A stretch of 64,000 bases of DNA from NCBI GenBank assembly GCA_930987725.1, contig CAKNKY010000006.1, positions 3,476 through 67,475 of the forward strand, given 5' to 3'. The notes under the pieces were generated by a model. It worked only from the letters and a program-made list of their open reading frames with translations, searched no databases and was not told the DNA's origin. The position numbers and the translations under genes are program-made. Each line of letters opens with the position of its first letter. The stretch's first letter is position 1. The stretch is from an uncultured Anaeromassilibacillus sp. Its GTDB lineage: Bacteria > Bacillota > Clostridia > Oscillospirales > Acutalibacteraceae. This document shows, in pieces, positions 45,105-52,993 of this stretch.

Positions 45105-46493
45105 ATGAGCATGCAGATGACCGTTCGGGAAATTGCCGCCGCGTGCGCTGGCAGGCTGCTGCGCGGCGATCCGGAGACGCAGGTCACGTCGGTGAGCACC
45201 GACAGCCGCCGTGTCGGCCCGGGGGCGCTCTTTGTGCCGATCCGCGGCGAGCGCACGGATGCGCACGCCTTCCTGCCGGCCGTGTTTGAAGCCGGTGCGG
45301 CCGCCGCGTTTACGCAGGAGCACACGGAGCCGGATCAGCTCCCGCAGGGCGCGTCCGGCGCCTGGATCGCCGTGGAGGACACGGTGGAGGCCCTGCGCCG
45401 CACCGCCGCCGCCTATCGTTCCCGCTTCTCTATCCCCGTGGTGGGCATCACGGGCAGCGTGGGCAAGACGACTACGAAGGAGATGGTCGCCCTGGCCCTC
45501 TCCTCCTGCCTGCACACCATGAAGACGGAGGGCAACCAGAACAGCCAGATTGGGCTGCCGCTCACACTGTTTCGCCTCCTGCCGGAGCATGAAGCCGCCG
45601 TGGTGGAGATGGGCATGAGCGACTTCGGCGAAATGGCGCGCCTAGCCGCCGTGGCGCGCCCGCAGTACGCCGTGATGACGAACATCGGCGTGTCGCACAT
45701 CGGCCAGCTCGGCAGCCGAGAGAACATCATGGCCGAAAAGCTGCGCATCACGGACGCATTCGGCCCCGGCTCCGTCCTCTTTGTCAACGGGGACGATCCT
45801 CTGCTCGCCACGCTGCGCGAAGCGCGCCCGGATCTGCGTCAGGTCTGGTTCGGCTTCGGGGAAGGCTGTGCGTACCGCGCATCGCAGGTGGTCCGCGAGG
45901 GCGAAACAGTGCGTTTCACGGCCGAAACGCCGTGCGGCAGCGTGGAGGTGCGGCTGCCCGTGCCGGGCGACCACAATGTGCGCAACGCGCTGGCCGCGCT
46001 GGCCGTCACGTGCACGCTGGGCGGTTCCCTGCAGCGGGCCGCGGACGCGCTTGCAGCCTATCAGCCGCCCGCCATGCGCCAGCAGGTCCGGCGCGCGCCG
46101 GCCGGCTTCACCGTGATCGACGATTCCTACAACGCCAGCCCGGACGCCGCGTTCAGCAGCCTGGAGGTGCTGGCCGGTTTCCCGGGCCGCCGCGTGGCCG
46201 TGCTGGCCGACATGCTTGAGCTGGGCAGCGTGGAGCGGGAAGCCCACGAGGAGGTGGGCCGCCGTGCCGCCCGCGCCGGTGTGTCGCTGCTCGTCACGGT
46301 GGGTGAGCGCGCCCGCTGGATTGCCGAAGGGGCGAGCGGGGAGCAACCTGCGATCTCATGCCGCAGTTTTTCGTCGAACGCGGAGGCGTCTGCGTTCCTG
46401 CGCGGGGCCCTGCGCCCGGGGGACGCCGTGCTTGTGAAGGGTTCCCGCGGCATGCACACGGACGAGATCGTATCGTCTCTTTTGGAAAAGTGA
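45105..46493 (+). CDS. murF: UDP-N-acetylmuramoyl-tripeptide--D-alanyl-D-alanine ligase
   Basis: GITGSVGKTTTKEM, DDSYNASPDA and VLVKGSRGMHTDEIV. Confidence 0.93.
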   Translation: MSMQMTVREIAAACAGRLLRGDPETQVTSVSTDSRRVGPGALFVPIRGERTDAHAFLPAVFEAGAAAAFTQEHTEPDQLPQGASGAWIAVEDTVEALRRTAAAYRSRFSIPVVGITGSVGKTTTKEMVALALSSCLHTMKTEGNQNSQIGLPLTLFRLLPEHEAAVVEMGMSDFGEMARLAAVARPQYAVMTNIGVSHIGQLGSRENIMAEKLRITDAFGPGSVLFVNGDDPLLATLREARPDLRQVWFGFGEGCAYRASQVVREGETVRFTAETPCGSVEVRLPVPGDHNVRNALAALAVTCTLGGSLQRAADALAAYQPPAMRQQVRRAPAGFTVIDDSYNASPDAAFSSLEVLAGFPGRRVAVLADMLELGSVEREAHEEVGRRAARAGVSLLVTVGERARWIAEGASGEQPAISCRSFSSNAEASAFLRGALRPGDAVLVKGSRGMHTDEIVSSLLEK

Positions 46494-46574
46494 CTTTTCT
46501 TTTGCGCAATATCTCTTGAATATTTCTGCAAAACCTGTCTTTTCCCTGCTAAATTTGCCTTAAGGGGTTGAAGT

Positions 46575-46622
46575 TGTAACCGATTTGTGATAGACTGTAA
46601 CCAGTTTGTTACAAATTGTAAC
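46575..46622 (+). promoter_or_regulatory. array of five TGTWAH-type hexamers at 10-11 bp spacing (WalR/YycF-like response-regulator boxes)
   Basis: TGTAAC-N5-TGTGAT (46575..46591), TGTAAC-N5-TGTTAC (46596..46612) and TGTAAC (46617..46622), about 130 bp upstream of the NlpC/P60 gene. Confidence 0.55.
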
Positions 46623-46749
46623 GATTTGACCGCGAAAAAATGCCGGCCCGGGTGGCGGGGCGGCGGAATGCAGCAAGCGGCAGGCGCCCGGGGGAGGGCG
46701 GCTCGTGCCGTTGGGGAGCTGCCAAAGAAACAAGGAGGCAAACACGGAA

Positions 46750-48426
46750 ATGAACAGGAAACGGATCACGGCCTTTTTGATGACGTTTATCATGATGGTG
46801 ATGTTTGTGGCGGGCGTGCTGCCCAGCCCGCAGGCTTCGGCAGCGGGCACCGGCGTTGGCCTTGCCCAGCATGCGCTCTCGGCGTATTATAACGGCTGGC
46901 TGTATCGCTACGGCGCCAGCGGCCAGACGTCCGGAGGCCGTGTTTACAGCGACTGCTCCGGCCTGATCTATTCCTATGCAGGCACGGCCCGCAGCAGCGG
47001 TATGCAAATCAGCTCCGCGCCGCAGTCGGGGTCGCTGTCTTCCCTGCCGCGCATTCACGGCCTGGGCCTGTGGCAGCCCGGCCACGTCGGCGTGTATGTC
47101 GGCGGCGGCATGGCGGTGGATTGCCGCGATACGTCCAGCAACACGGTGTACTCCTCCGTCTACAGCCACAATTGGCAGATGTGGTACAAAGTTCCCGGTG
47201 TCTCCTACCCCACGACCGGTTGGGTCACTTTCAACGGCGGTACATATTACTATGAAGACGGCCAGTATGTGGTGAGCTGCACAAAGACAATCGACGGCGC
47301 CGCCTATTCCTTTGACGCGAACGGCCTGTGCGCTTCCGCGCCCTCCAATGTGACGGAAGCCCCGCAGGTGGAGGCTGCCCCCGTGCAGCAGAGCACGCCC
47401 AGCGTGTCCTATTCGCAGTCCTCCTCCGGCTCCGTTTCCCAGGGAAATTCCGGCAGCGGGAGCACGGCTGCCGCCGCCCCGGTTTCCTATCAGGACCTCG
47501 CGCTGGGCAGCAAGGGCGCTGCCGTGACACGGCTGCAGACCCGCCTGAGCGAGCTTGATTACTACTATGAAGGCATCAACGATTATTACGATTCCCTTGT
47601 GAACGATGCGGTCGCCCTCTATCAGGAGGCTGCGGGCCTGGAAGTGACCGGTTCCGCCGACGTCGCCACACAGGAAAGCCTCTTCTCCTCTGACGCGCCG
47701 CTGAACGAGGAACCCGGCACGGTGTTCCCCGGCTATCACAGCAGCATCGTGCGCCAGCTGCAGGAGCGGCTGATTGCACTCGGCTATATGGAAGGCGAGA
47801 CCTCCTTCTTCTACGGTGACGCCACCAAAGCCGCTGTGATGGCCTATCAGGAAGCCGCCGGCCTCGAGGCGGACGGCATCCTCACCATGGATGAGCAGAA
47901 CGTCCTCTACTCCGACGACGCCGTCCCTGCTCCCGTGGAGGAGCCGGAGGAGCCCGCGGAAGAACCTGCGGAGGATGCGGAGACCGACGGCGCCGAGCCT
48001 GCTGCCGCTTCCGCTGATGCGGCGGACGGCGACGCCGCTGTGGCAGGCGCGCAGTCCCAGCTGAGCCGCTCCGCCGGGGATCCGGCTGCTGCGGCCGCGG
48101 CCTCCGTGGTGGAGAGCGTTTCTTCCGCCGCCGAGGTCACGAAGGATATGTTTATCACGACCGTTGACGCCGCCGCAAAGGACGGCAGCGGCAGCCAGGC
48201 GGACGATGCCGGCAACGGCGTCATCGCGTTTGCCATCGTGGTGTTCGGCACCGTACTCACCGCCTGCATCTTCGTCGTGCGCAAAAAGCAGCTTACCGTG
48301 AAGGAACTGGCGGCTGCCGCCACGATTCTCTCCGGCAGAGCCGCGAAAACAGCCCGTGAGGCGGCAGGCAATGCGGCCAGGGCTGTGAAGGGCGGCTGGA
48401 ACCGTGTGCGCCGTCTGCGCAAGTAA
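46750..48426 (+). CDS. secreted NlpC/P60 peptidoglycan endopeptidase with a cell-wall-binding repeat, two PG_binding_1 domains and a C-terminal TM anchor
   Basis: Signal peptide. Catalytic Cys context YSDCSGLIYSY and His context GHVGVYVGGG. GWVTFNGGTYYYEDGQY repeat. Two LGSKGAAVTRLQ / VRQLQERLIALGY PG-binding modules. GVIAFAIVVFGTVLTACIFVV near the C-terminus. Confidence 0.85.
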   Translation: MNRKRITAFLMTFIMMVMFVAGVLPSPQASAAGTGVGLAQHALSAYYNGWLYRYGASGQTSGGRVYSDCSGLIYSYAGTARSSGMQISSAPQSGSLSSLPRIHGLGLWQPGHVGVYVGGGMAVDCRDTSSNTVYSSVYSHNWQMWYKVPGVSYPTTGWVTFNGGTYYYEDGQYVVSCTKTIDGAAYSFDANGLCASAPSNVTEAPQVEAAPVQQSTPSVSYSQSSSGSVSQGNSGSGSTAAAAPVSYQDLALGSKGAAVTRLQTRLSELDYYYEGINDYYDSLVNDAVALYQEAAGLEVTGSADVATQESLFSSDAPLNEEPGTVFPGYHSSIVRQLQERLIALGYMEGETSFFYGDATKAAVMAYQEAAGLEADGILTMDEQNVLYSDDAVPAPVEEPEEPAEEPAEDAETDGAEPAAASADAADGDAAVAGAQSQLSRSAGDPAAAAAASVVESVSSAAEVTKDMFITTVDAAAKDGSGSQADDAGNGVIAFAIVVFGTVLTACIFVVRKKQLTVKELAAAATILSGRAAKTAREAAGNAARAVKGGWNRVRRLRK

Positions 48427-48483
48427 AAAGCGTACCCCTCGCAAGGAATTGCGATTTCTGTTTTGTTGAGATAGCTTCGGCGC

Positions 48484-48516
48484 AAAAAGGCCGCGGGCTT
48501 TGCCCGCGGCCTTTTT
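48484..48516. terminator. bidirectional intrinsic terminator (NlpC/P60 / MATE)
   Basis: AAAAAGGCCGCGGGC / GCCCGCGGCCTTTTT. Confidence 0.8.
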
Positions 48517-48662
48517 GCATTCTGATATTTTTCGGCTGTGCGTTGGCCTGTTGCGGGAGCAAAGACCCTGTTCCCGTTTCCCCTGCACGTCGGGGCCGCG
48601 CTTCCTTTTTCCAGATGTGTTTGGCCGTTCCCGCAGGGCCTCTGTTTCCGGTGCGGAAAGTG

Positions 48663-49997
48663 TCAGGCGCGGTGCGCCGTTGCGCGGCGGTACACGGCCA
48701 GCGAGACGGCGGCGCTGATCACTTCCGTCACCCAGAAAGCGTTCCACACGCCGGCGGCGCCGAACAGCCGGCTCAGCAGGAAAGCCGCCGGAAGGATGAC
48801 GACCACGTAGCGCGCCAGCGAGATAATGAGCGAGGCCGCGCCTTTCCCCAGCCCTTCCAGTGCACCGCACGAGGTGACGGAGACGGCCGAGACGAGGAAC
48901 CCGGCGCTGATGATGCGCAGCGCCGTTTTGCCGGCCTCGATTGTTTCCGGCGTTTCGGTGAACAGGCCCATGAGCTGGGCGGGGAAGAGCAGGCAGATCA
49001 CCGTGCCCGCCGCCATGATGGCGCCGCTCATGATCAACACAAGATTGTAGAGCTTCCGCACGCGGCCGTACTCCCCCGCGCCGTAGTTGTAGCCCACAAG
49101 CGGCCGCATGCCCTGCACGAAGCCGTTGGCGGGCAGGTAAAGGAACGTCTGCAGCTTATAATAGACGCCCAGCACGAGAATGTAAACGCCGGAGTACGCG
49201 GCGAGAATGGCATTGAGGGCGGTGATCAGCAGGGAGGAGAGCGCCAGGTTCAGCGTGGCCGGAATGCCTACGGCATACAGGCGGCGCACCGTGGCGCCGT
49301 CCGGCCGCAGGAACTGCCGGCCGATGCGCACGGAGAGCGGGCGCATAAAATAGACGGCGAGATAGATGAGCAGCGAGATCGTCTGCCCGATCCCCGTGGC
49401 CAGCGCCGCGCCCTCAATGCCCATCGCCGGGAAAGGCCCGAGGCCGAAGATGAACAGCGGGTCCAGAATGATGTTGGCCACACAGCCGGAGGCGAGGCCC
49501 ACCATCGTCACCTTCATGCGGCCCACTGCCTGGAAGATCTTCTCGAACGCAATGCCTGCCATGATGGAGAGGGAGAACGAGAAGACGATGACGGAATACC
49601 GCAGCCCGAGCGACACCACCGATTCGGATGACGTGAACATCCGCAGAAAGGCGGGCATCACGGCCACGCCTGCGCCGCCCAGCACAACGGCGTGCACCAC
49701 GGAGAGCGCCAGGCCCTGTGTGGCGGCCCGGTTTGCCATCACCTGGTTCCCTGCGCCCAGGTGGAAGGCAATGACGGCGTTGATGCCCACGCCGAAGCCG
49801 ATGGCCATGGCGCTGATGAAGTTCTGGATGGGGAACACGAGCGAGAGCGCCGTCATGGCATCTTCGCTGATCTTGGCCACAAAGTAGCTGTCCACAATGT
49901 TGTAAAGCGAGTTGATCAGCATGGAAAGCACCATGGGCAGCGCCATGGAGAGCAGCAGCGGCAGCACGGGCTTTTCCTTCATAAATGTTTCGTTCAT
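48663..49997 (-). CDS. MATE family efflux transporter
   Basis: KPVLPLLLSMALPMVLSMLINSLYNIVDSYFVAKISEDAMTAL with about 12 TM. ATG 49997 follows AGGAGG. Confidence 0.9.
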   Translation of the reverse strand: MNETFMKEKPVLPLLLSMALPMVLSMLINSLYNIVDSYFVAKISEDAMTALSLVFPIQNFISAMAIGFGVGINAVIAFHLGAGNQVMANRAATQGLALSVVHAVVLGGAGVAVMPAFLRMFTSSESVVSLGLRYSVIVFSFSLSIMAGIAFEKIFQAVGRMKVTMVGLASGCVANIILDPLFIFGLGPFPAMGIEGAALATGIGQTISLLIYLAVYFMRPLSVRIGRQFLRPDGATVRRLYAVGIPATLNLALSSLLITALNAILAAYSGVYILVLGVYYKLQTFLYLPANGFVQGMRPLVGYNYGAGEYGRVRKLYNLVLIMSGAIMAAGTVICLLFPAQLMGLFTETPETIEAGKTALRIISAGFLVSAVSVTSCGALEGLGKGAASLIISLARYVVVILPAAFLLSRLFGAAGVWNAFWVTEVISAAVSLAVYRRATAHRA

Positions 49998-50028
49998 ATG
50001 TCCTCCTGCGGGGCGGCTTTCCGAAGTC

Positions 50029-50114
50029 AAAAAAAAGCCACACAGCCTCCACGGGGCCGCCGCGCGTTCCGCGGGAACGGAATGCACGGACCGGCCTTCC
50101 AGGGGCTGTGTGGC
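50029..50114 (-). terminator. long GC-rich hairpin plus U8 inside the 5' leader of the MATE gene
   Basis: Minus strand GCCACACAGCC ... GGCTGTGTGGC followed by TTTTTTTT. It lies between the promoter at 50163..50191 and the RBS. Confidence 0.6.
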
Positions 50115-50162
50115 GAAAAGATGATCGAGTCCGGAAAGTCCACCCAGATTTTTTCGAGTGCT

Positions 50163-50191
50163 ATTATAGGGCAGACTCCGCCGTCTGTCAA
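50163..50191 (-). promoter_or_regulatory. consensus sigma-A promoter upstream of the MATE leader
   Basis: Minus strand TTGACA (50191..50186), a 17-nt spacer, then TATAAT (50168..50163). Confidence 0.6.
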
Positions 50192-50220
50192 GACAAACGG
50201 AGAAAAGCTTCCGGTTTTGC

Positions 50221-50409
50221 TTATGGATGGCGGCGGCCCGTTTTGGCCGCGTGTTTCTGCCGCGTCAATTCCGGGAAAAAGGCGTCCGGATTCGCCTTGA
50301 ATTGCTCCACGAGCGTCCGCTCCCCGGGCGGTTCCTCGCCGCTGTGCCGAAGCCAGCGGGGAACAGGATTTTCGGCGGGATTCTCGCAGTGGTAAACCTT
50401 CATGTCCAC
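50221..50409 (-). CDS. hypothetical 62-aa protein
   Basis: GTG start 10 nt after GGAGGTG and 23 nt after the stop of the upstream Nif11-like gene. Genome-like codon usage. I recognise no family. Confidence 0.4.
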   Translation of the reverse strand: MDMKVYHCENPAENPVPRWLRHSGEEPPGERTLVEQFKANPDAFFPELTRQKHAAKTGRRHP

Positions 50410-50432
50410 GGTGGGATCACCTCCACACCATT

Positions 50433-50732
50433 CTATTCGGCGGGGGTGTGCAACTGTTCCACCTCGGAAAGGAAAAGGCCGAGCGTATCTTCGAATGAAT
50501 CATAGGGCCTCGGGTTGCCCCCGTTCGTGCTCTTGCACTGGTTGTCGCTGTATTCCTGCCCGGCAGCGAACAGATCGCCGATGTAGATCTCATAGCCGAG
50601 GGACTGCGCCAGTGTGCAGAAAGCGTCCGTCGGGTCCGCGGCGTTGCGCGTGGCCAGCAGGCGGCGGCGCAGGCGCCCGTCGCGGCGGGCGTGTTCCAGA
50701 AGCCGGTCCAGTTCGCGGAAAAGCAAATCCAT
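50433..50732 (-). CDS. Nif11-leader-like domain protein (possible Gly-Gly-type peptide precursor)
   Basis: RRLLATRNAADPTDAFCTLAQSLGYEIYIGDLFAAG resembles the Nif11 N-terminal domain, with GG at residues 71-72 followed by a 27-aa tail. AAGGGGGA RBS. Confidence 0.5.
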   Translation of the reverse strand: MDLLFRELDRLLEHARRDGRLRRRLLATRNAADPTDAFCTLAQSLGYEIYIGDLFAAGQEYSDNQCKSTNGGNPRPYDSFEDTLGLFLSEVEQLHTPAE

Positions 50733-50765
50733 GTCAGGTTCCCCCTTTGTTCCTGTCTGATGTGG

Positions 50766-51314
50766 TCAATCGCCGTAATGCTCGTCCAGCCTGCGCTGGA
50801 AAATCGGCTGGGCGGCCAGGTTCTCCAGCCCTTCCAGAATCACGGAAGCGCCGATGAAGCGGGCGAGCACCATGGCGGCGGTAAAGGGCTGCACGAGCAG
50901 CACCACGCCGAGCGCCAGCGAGAGTAGGCCAAGCACGAGGGCCGGAATCCACAGGCCGGAGCCGATCCGCTTTAAGTCTGCGGCCGCCTGCAGCTTGCCG
51001 CCGCAGCCCGCGATGAGCAGCAGCCCGAACGCGAACGGCAGCAGGGAGAGAACGGTGTCCGGCCGGGCGAGCAGGAAGATCCCGCCGGCGCACAGCGTCA
51101 CAGCGGCTGCGAGATCGCGGCGCGCCATGCCCTGCTGTTCGTCGCGCAGGAAATAGCGCACGCCGCGCAGCAGGCCGGCCACAATCAGCACGGCGCCGAA
51201 TGCATAACAGATCATGCGCCCGGAAAGCTCCGGCCATCCCAGCAGGATGGCGCCCAGCACCACGTAAAAAATGGAGAGCAGCGCAAAATCGGAGAGAATG
51301 CGTTTCTTTTTCAC
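50766..51314 (-). CDS. DUF308 / HdeD-family membrane protein
   Basis: 182-aa protein with 6 TM and the repeated glycine-rich helix pattern of the HdeD family (LLSIFYVVLGAILLGWP, GAVLIVAGLLRG). Confidence 0.75.
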   Translation of the reverse strand: MKKKRILSDFALLSIFYVVLGAILLGWPELSGRMICYAFGAVLIVAGLLRGVRYFLRDEQQGMARRDLAAAVTLCAGGIFLLARPDTVLSLLPFAFGLLLIAGCGGKLQAAADLKRIGSGLWIPALVLGLLSLALGVVLLVQPFTAAMVLARFIGASVILEGLENLAAQPIFQRRLDEHYGD

Positions 51315-51500
51315 AAAAGGTCCCCTCTTTCCGTTTTTCTGATCGTATCACGTTTTGCGCAAAAAAGGAAGGGAAAATGCAAAAACTGCCGGAGTTGCCG
51401 GCGAAGCTTGACATTTCAACCGGAAAAGCGTAAGGTTATAAATACATTAGTTTGCCCGGGGGTGCGGAACAGGCAGGGCAATTGGGGGCGCTGTATTGTT

Positions 51501-52838
51501 ATGATGTTTTCAACCCGTGACCTGAAGCGGCTGATCTGGCCGCTTGTCGTCGAGCAGCTTCTGGCCGTCACCATTGGCATGATGGACACGATGATGGTTG
51601 CCGGATGCGGGGAGGCTGCCGTTTCCGGCGTTTCGCTGGTGGACTCTATCAACGTGCTGCTGATCAATATCTTTTCCGCGTTGGCAACGGGAGGCGCAAT
51701 CGTTGCTTCCCAGTACCTGGGCCGGAACGATCTGAAAAATGCAAACCTCGCGGCCCGGCAGCTTCTGCTTGCCGTTGGTATCCTTTCCACTGTGCTGGGC
51801 GCGCTGGCCCTTGCGGGCAATCACGGCATCCTGAACCTCATGTTCGGCACCGCAGATGAGGACGTCATGCAGAACAGCTACACCTATTTTTTCTGGTCTG
51901 CGCTTTCCTATCCCTTCCTTGGCATTTACAACGGCGGGGCTGCGCTCTTCCGCGCCATGGGCAACTCAAAGGTTTCCATGCGCACCTCCATCCTCATGAA
52001 TGTGGTCAATATTTCCGGCAACGCGATTTTGATCTACGGGGCAAACCTGGGTGTTGCCGGCGCGGCGATCGCCACCCTGGTTTCCCGTATCCTTGGCGCA
52101 GTGATTATGGTGTACCTGCTGCACTCTAAGCCGCACGTGGAGGATAAAATCCACCTGAAATCCCTCAACATTTTCCAGTGGAACTGGTCGATGATCCGCA
52201 AGATCCTCAACATCGGCGTTCCGAACGGGCTGGAAAACGGCATGTTCCAGGTGGGCAAGGTGCTGGTGCAGGGCCTCGTCTCCACCTTCGGCACGGCGGC
52301 CATTGCGGCGAACGCGGCGGCTGGCTCCGTGTGCTCCCTGCCGCAGATCCCCTCCACAGCCATTGGCCTGGCCATGGTCACGGTCATCGGCCAGTGCGTG
52401 GGCGCGGGGGATTACGAGCAGGCAAAGAAATACACGAAAAAGCTCACCCTTCTCTCTTGCCTGTGCATGCTCGTGCTCTCGCTCATTGAGATGGCCTGCG
52501 CTCTCCCGCTCACAAGGCTTTACAATCTCTCCGGCGAGGCCACGACCATGGCGGTGGAGGTCATCATCGCGAACGGCATCTTCTCCATCCTGATCTGGCC
52601 CATCAGCTTCACGCTGCCGAACGGCCTGCGCGCGGCGGGGGACGTGCGGTTCACCATGATCAGCAGCGTCCTCTCCATGTGGATCTTCCGCATTGCGTTC
52701 AGTTATCTCCTGGCCCAGGGGCTGCAGATGGGCCTTATGGGCGTGTGGGGCGCCATGTTCATCGACTGGTTTGTGCGGGCGTCTCTCTTCACCTGGCGCT
52801 TTTTCAGCAACAGGTGGCGCGGCAAGGCCATCCGCTGA
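51501..52838 (+). CDS. MATE family efflux transporter
   Basis: LKRLIWPLVVEQLLAVTIGMMDTMMVAGCGEAAVSGVSLVD with about 12 TM. Confidence 0.9.
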   Translation: MMFSTRDLKRLIWPLVVEQLLAVTIGMMDTMMVAGCGEAAVSGVSLVDSINVLLINIFSALATGGAIVASQYLGRNDLKNANLAARQLLLAVGILSTVLGALALAGNHGILNLMFGTADEDVMQNSYTYFFWSALSYPFLGIYNGGAALFRAMGNSKVSMRTSILMNVVNISGNAILIYGANLGVAGAAIATLVSRILGAVIMVYLLHSKPHVEDKIHLKSLNIFQWNWSMIRKILNIGVPNGLENGMFQVGKVLVQGLVSTFGTAAIAANAAAGSVCSLPQIPSTAIGLAMVTVIGQCVGAGDYEQAKKYTKKLTLLSCLCMLVLSLIEMACALPLTRLYNLSGEATTMAVEVIIANGIFSILIWPISFTLPNGLRAAGDVRFTMISSVLSMWIFRIAFSYLLAQGLQMGLMGVWGAMFIDWFVRASLFTWRFFSNRWRGKAIR

Positions 52839-52852
52839 CGGCCGCCGCTCGT

Positions 52853-52887
52853 GCGCTCCCGGCTTTTCCGGCCGGGGGCGCTTTTTT
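52853..52887 (+). terminator. intrinsic terminator after the second MATE gene
   Basis: GCGCTCCCGGC / GCCGGGGGCGC plus T6. Confidence 0.7.
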
Positions 52888-52993
52888 GCGCCGCAATTTG
52901 GCTTGCGGCGCAAACGATGACGCATTATAATAGGAGAAGCGAAACGGAAGGGGAATCCCCCCGCAATACTCAAATGGAAGAGGGAATTGTAAC

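Noticed and set aside
46494-46749. c-di-AMP (ydaO-type) riboswitch, considered because ydaO elements often precede NlpC/P60 and other wall-hydrolase genes.
   Set aside because: The G-rich stretch 46640..46720 shows only vague resemblance (a GGGGAGC). It lacks the pseudo-two-fold ACGGGG/CCGA-type conserved segments. The TGTWAH repeat array explains the region better.
50029-50160. Guanidine-I, -II or -III (ykkC, mini-ykkC, ykkC-III) riboswitch in the MATE leader.
   Set aside because: Only isolated short similarities (GGTCCG, CCGGAC) are present. There is no ACGR-loop hairpin pair and no GGGA...AAAAGCCCGGGAGA-type core. I kept it as an unclassified attenuator instead.
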